Positions 31,306-32,000 of a DNA stretch of 32,000 bases are shown here, piece by piece (within the stretch, counting starts at the first letter, position 1; each line of letters starts with the position of its first letter). A model generated the notes under the pieces. The model worked only from the letters and a program-made list of their open reading frames with translations, ran no database searches and had not been told where the DNA came from. Both the position numbers and the translations under genes were made by a program. Source of the stretch: Methanothermus fervidus DSM 2088 (GTDB taxonomy: Archaea; Methanobacteriota; Methanobacteria; DSM-2088; Methanothermaceae); contig CP002278.1 of assembly GCA_000166095.1 (NCBI GenBank), forward strand, positions 570,001 to 602,000, read 5' to 3'.

Positions 31306-31803
31306 TTGAAAAGATTAACGGTTGCTGTGCCAAAAAAATGGCGTAACAGACTTATAAAAGTCATCAATTTAGAACATGAACTTTGTACTAAGAAAAAAAA
31401 ATTAGAAATTCTAAAAAAGGGTGAAGATGCTTTAAAAATACCTTGTGGTTGGTTATCTATTTCGCAACTTGTAGATTATATAGTACAGCAGTATGTTACA
31501 AGGAAAGATATTGATCTGGATTTTTTCAAAACAAAAAATAAAGATACATTATCACTGAATGGAAAGTTAAGTATAACATTTAATGATGATACATATAAGA
31601 AAGTTCAAAATTTTAGGAAAAGACTTGCTCGTAAAGGCAGATGTATCTCATTTGCAGAGGTAGTCAGATCTGCAATAAAATCTTGGTTTGAATCGGAACG
31701 TCCAATTTATCATTTAAAAAAAGAGATTGAAAACGTGGAAAAATTAATAAAAAAATATGAAAGTAAAAAAGAAAAGAGAATGGAAATGTGGCACAGACCT
31801 TAA
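31306..31803 (+). CDS. Hypothetical protein with two ribbon-helix-helix-like modules
   Basis: 165 aa; KRLTVAVPKKWRNRLIKV...GWLSISQLVDYIVQQYV and GKLSITFNDDTYKKVQNFRKRL...GRCISFAEVVRSAIKSWFES; GGAGAG SD before TTG 31306. Confidence 0.55.
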   Translation: MKRLTVAVPKKWRNRLIKVINLEHELCTKKKKLEILKKGEDALKIPCGWLSISQLVDYIVQQYVTRKDIDLDFFKTKNKDTLSLNGKLSITFNDDTYKKVQNFRKRLARKGRCISFAEVVRSAIKSWFESERPIYHLKKEIENVEKLIKKYESKKEKRMEMWHRP

Positions 31804-31832
31804 TCACCAAAAATTAACTATGATGGTCACAT

Positions 31833-32000
31833 ATGTGTGGGATTGCAGGTTTTTCTGGAAAAAATGCAAAAAAAATTGTTGAAAAAATGCTTAAAATTTT
31901 AAGGCATCGAGGACCTGATGCAACAGGAATTTATTATGATAGCAAAGTAAAAATTATTTATGATAAAAAAGTGGAGGAGAAAGAAGCTCCGCCTTCCAGC
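31833..32000 (+). CDS. asnB: Class II glutamine amidotransferase / asparagine synthetase N-terminus, cut by window edge
   Basis: MCGIAGFSGKNAKKIVEKMLKILRHRGPDATGIYYDSK: N-terminal Cys and RHRGPD motif; frame open to base 32000. Confidence 0.85.
   Translation, partial: MCGIAGFSGKNAKKIVEKMLKILRHRGPDATGIYYDSKVKIIYDKKVEEKEAPPSS

Noticed and set aside
27051-31803. Possible defense island or mobile element
   Set aside because: No integrase, transposase, nuclease/toxin motif or direct repeats were found; the importer is a standard NitT/TauT-type architecture.

Overview
Low-GC euryarchaeal methanogen chromosome segment. It carries two methanogenesis-marker genes and archaeal-type ribH, aspS, primase, pantoate kinase and ADTH/DHQ-synthase-II genes. 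Most of the window is dense housekeeping and cofactor operons: ribH-mmp11; hisD-aspS-cbiC-hemL-mtxX-uppS-tatD-arfC; pantoate kinase-aroA'-aroB'-thpR-cca-priS-priL-metG-DUF530-HTH-GT4; nth; and a COG1107-type RecJ-like protein. No rRNA, tRNA, CRISPR array, transposon or defense island was recognised. The best candidate for an undescribed system is the 27.0-31.8 kb block. There, a secreted protein with a BPL_N/GATase-like Cys nucleophile motif is divergent from a NitT/TauT/SsuABC-type ABC importer. An extended inverted repeat sits in their shared promoter region, and a tandem ribbon-helix-helix (RHH)-like protein lies downstream. A second candidate is a KaiC-like ATPase/TPR pair whose TPR gene ends in a G9 homopolymer; changing that tract to 8 G opens a plausible 37-aa C-terminal extension. 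All family names come from reading motifs; no database search was run.
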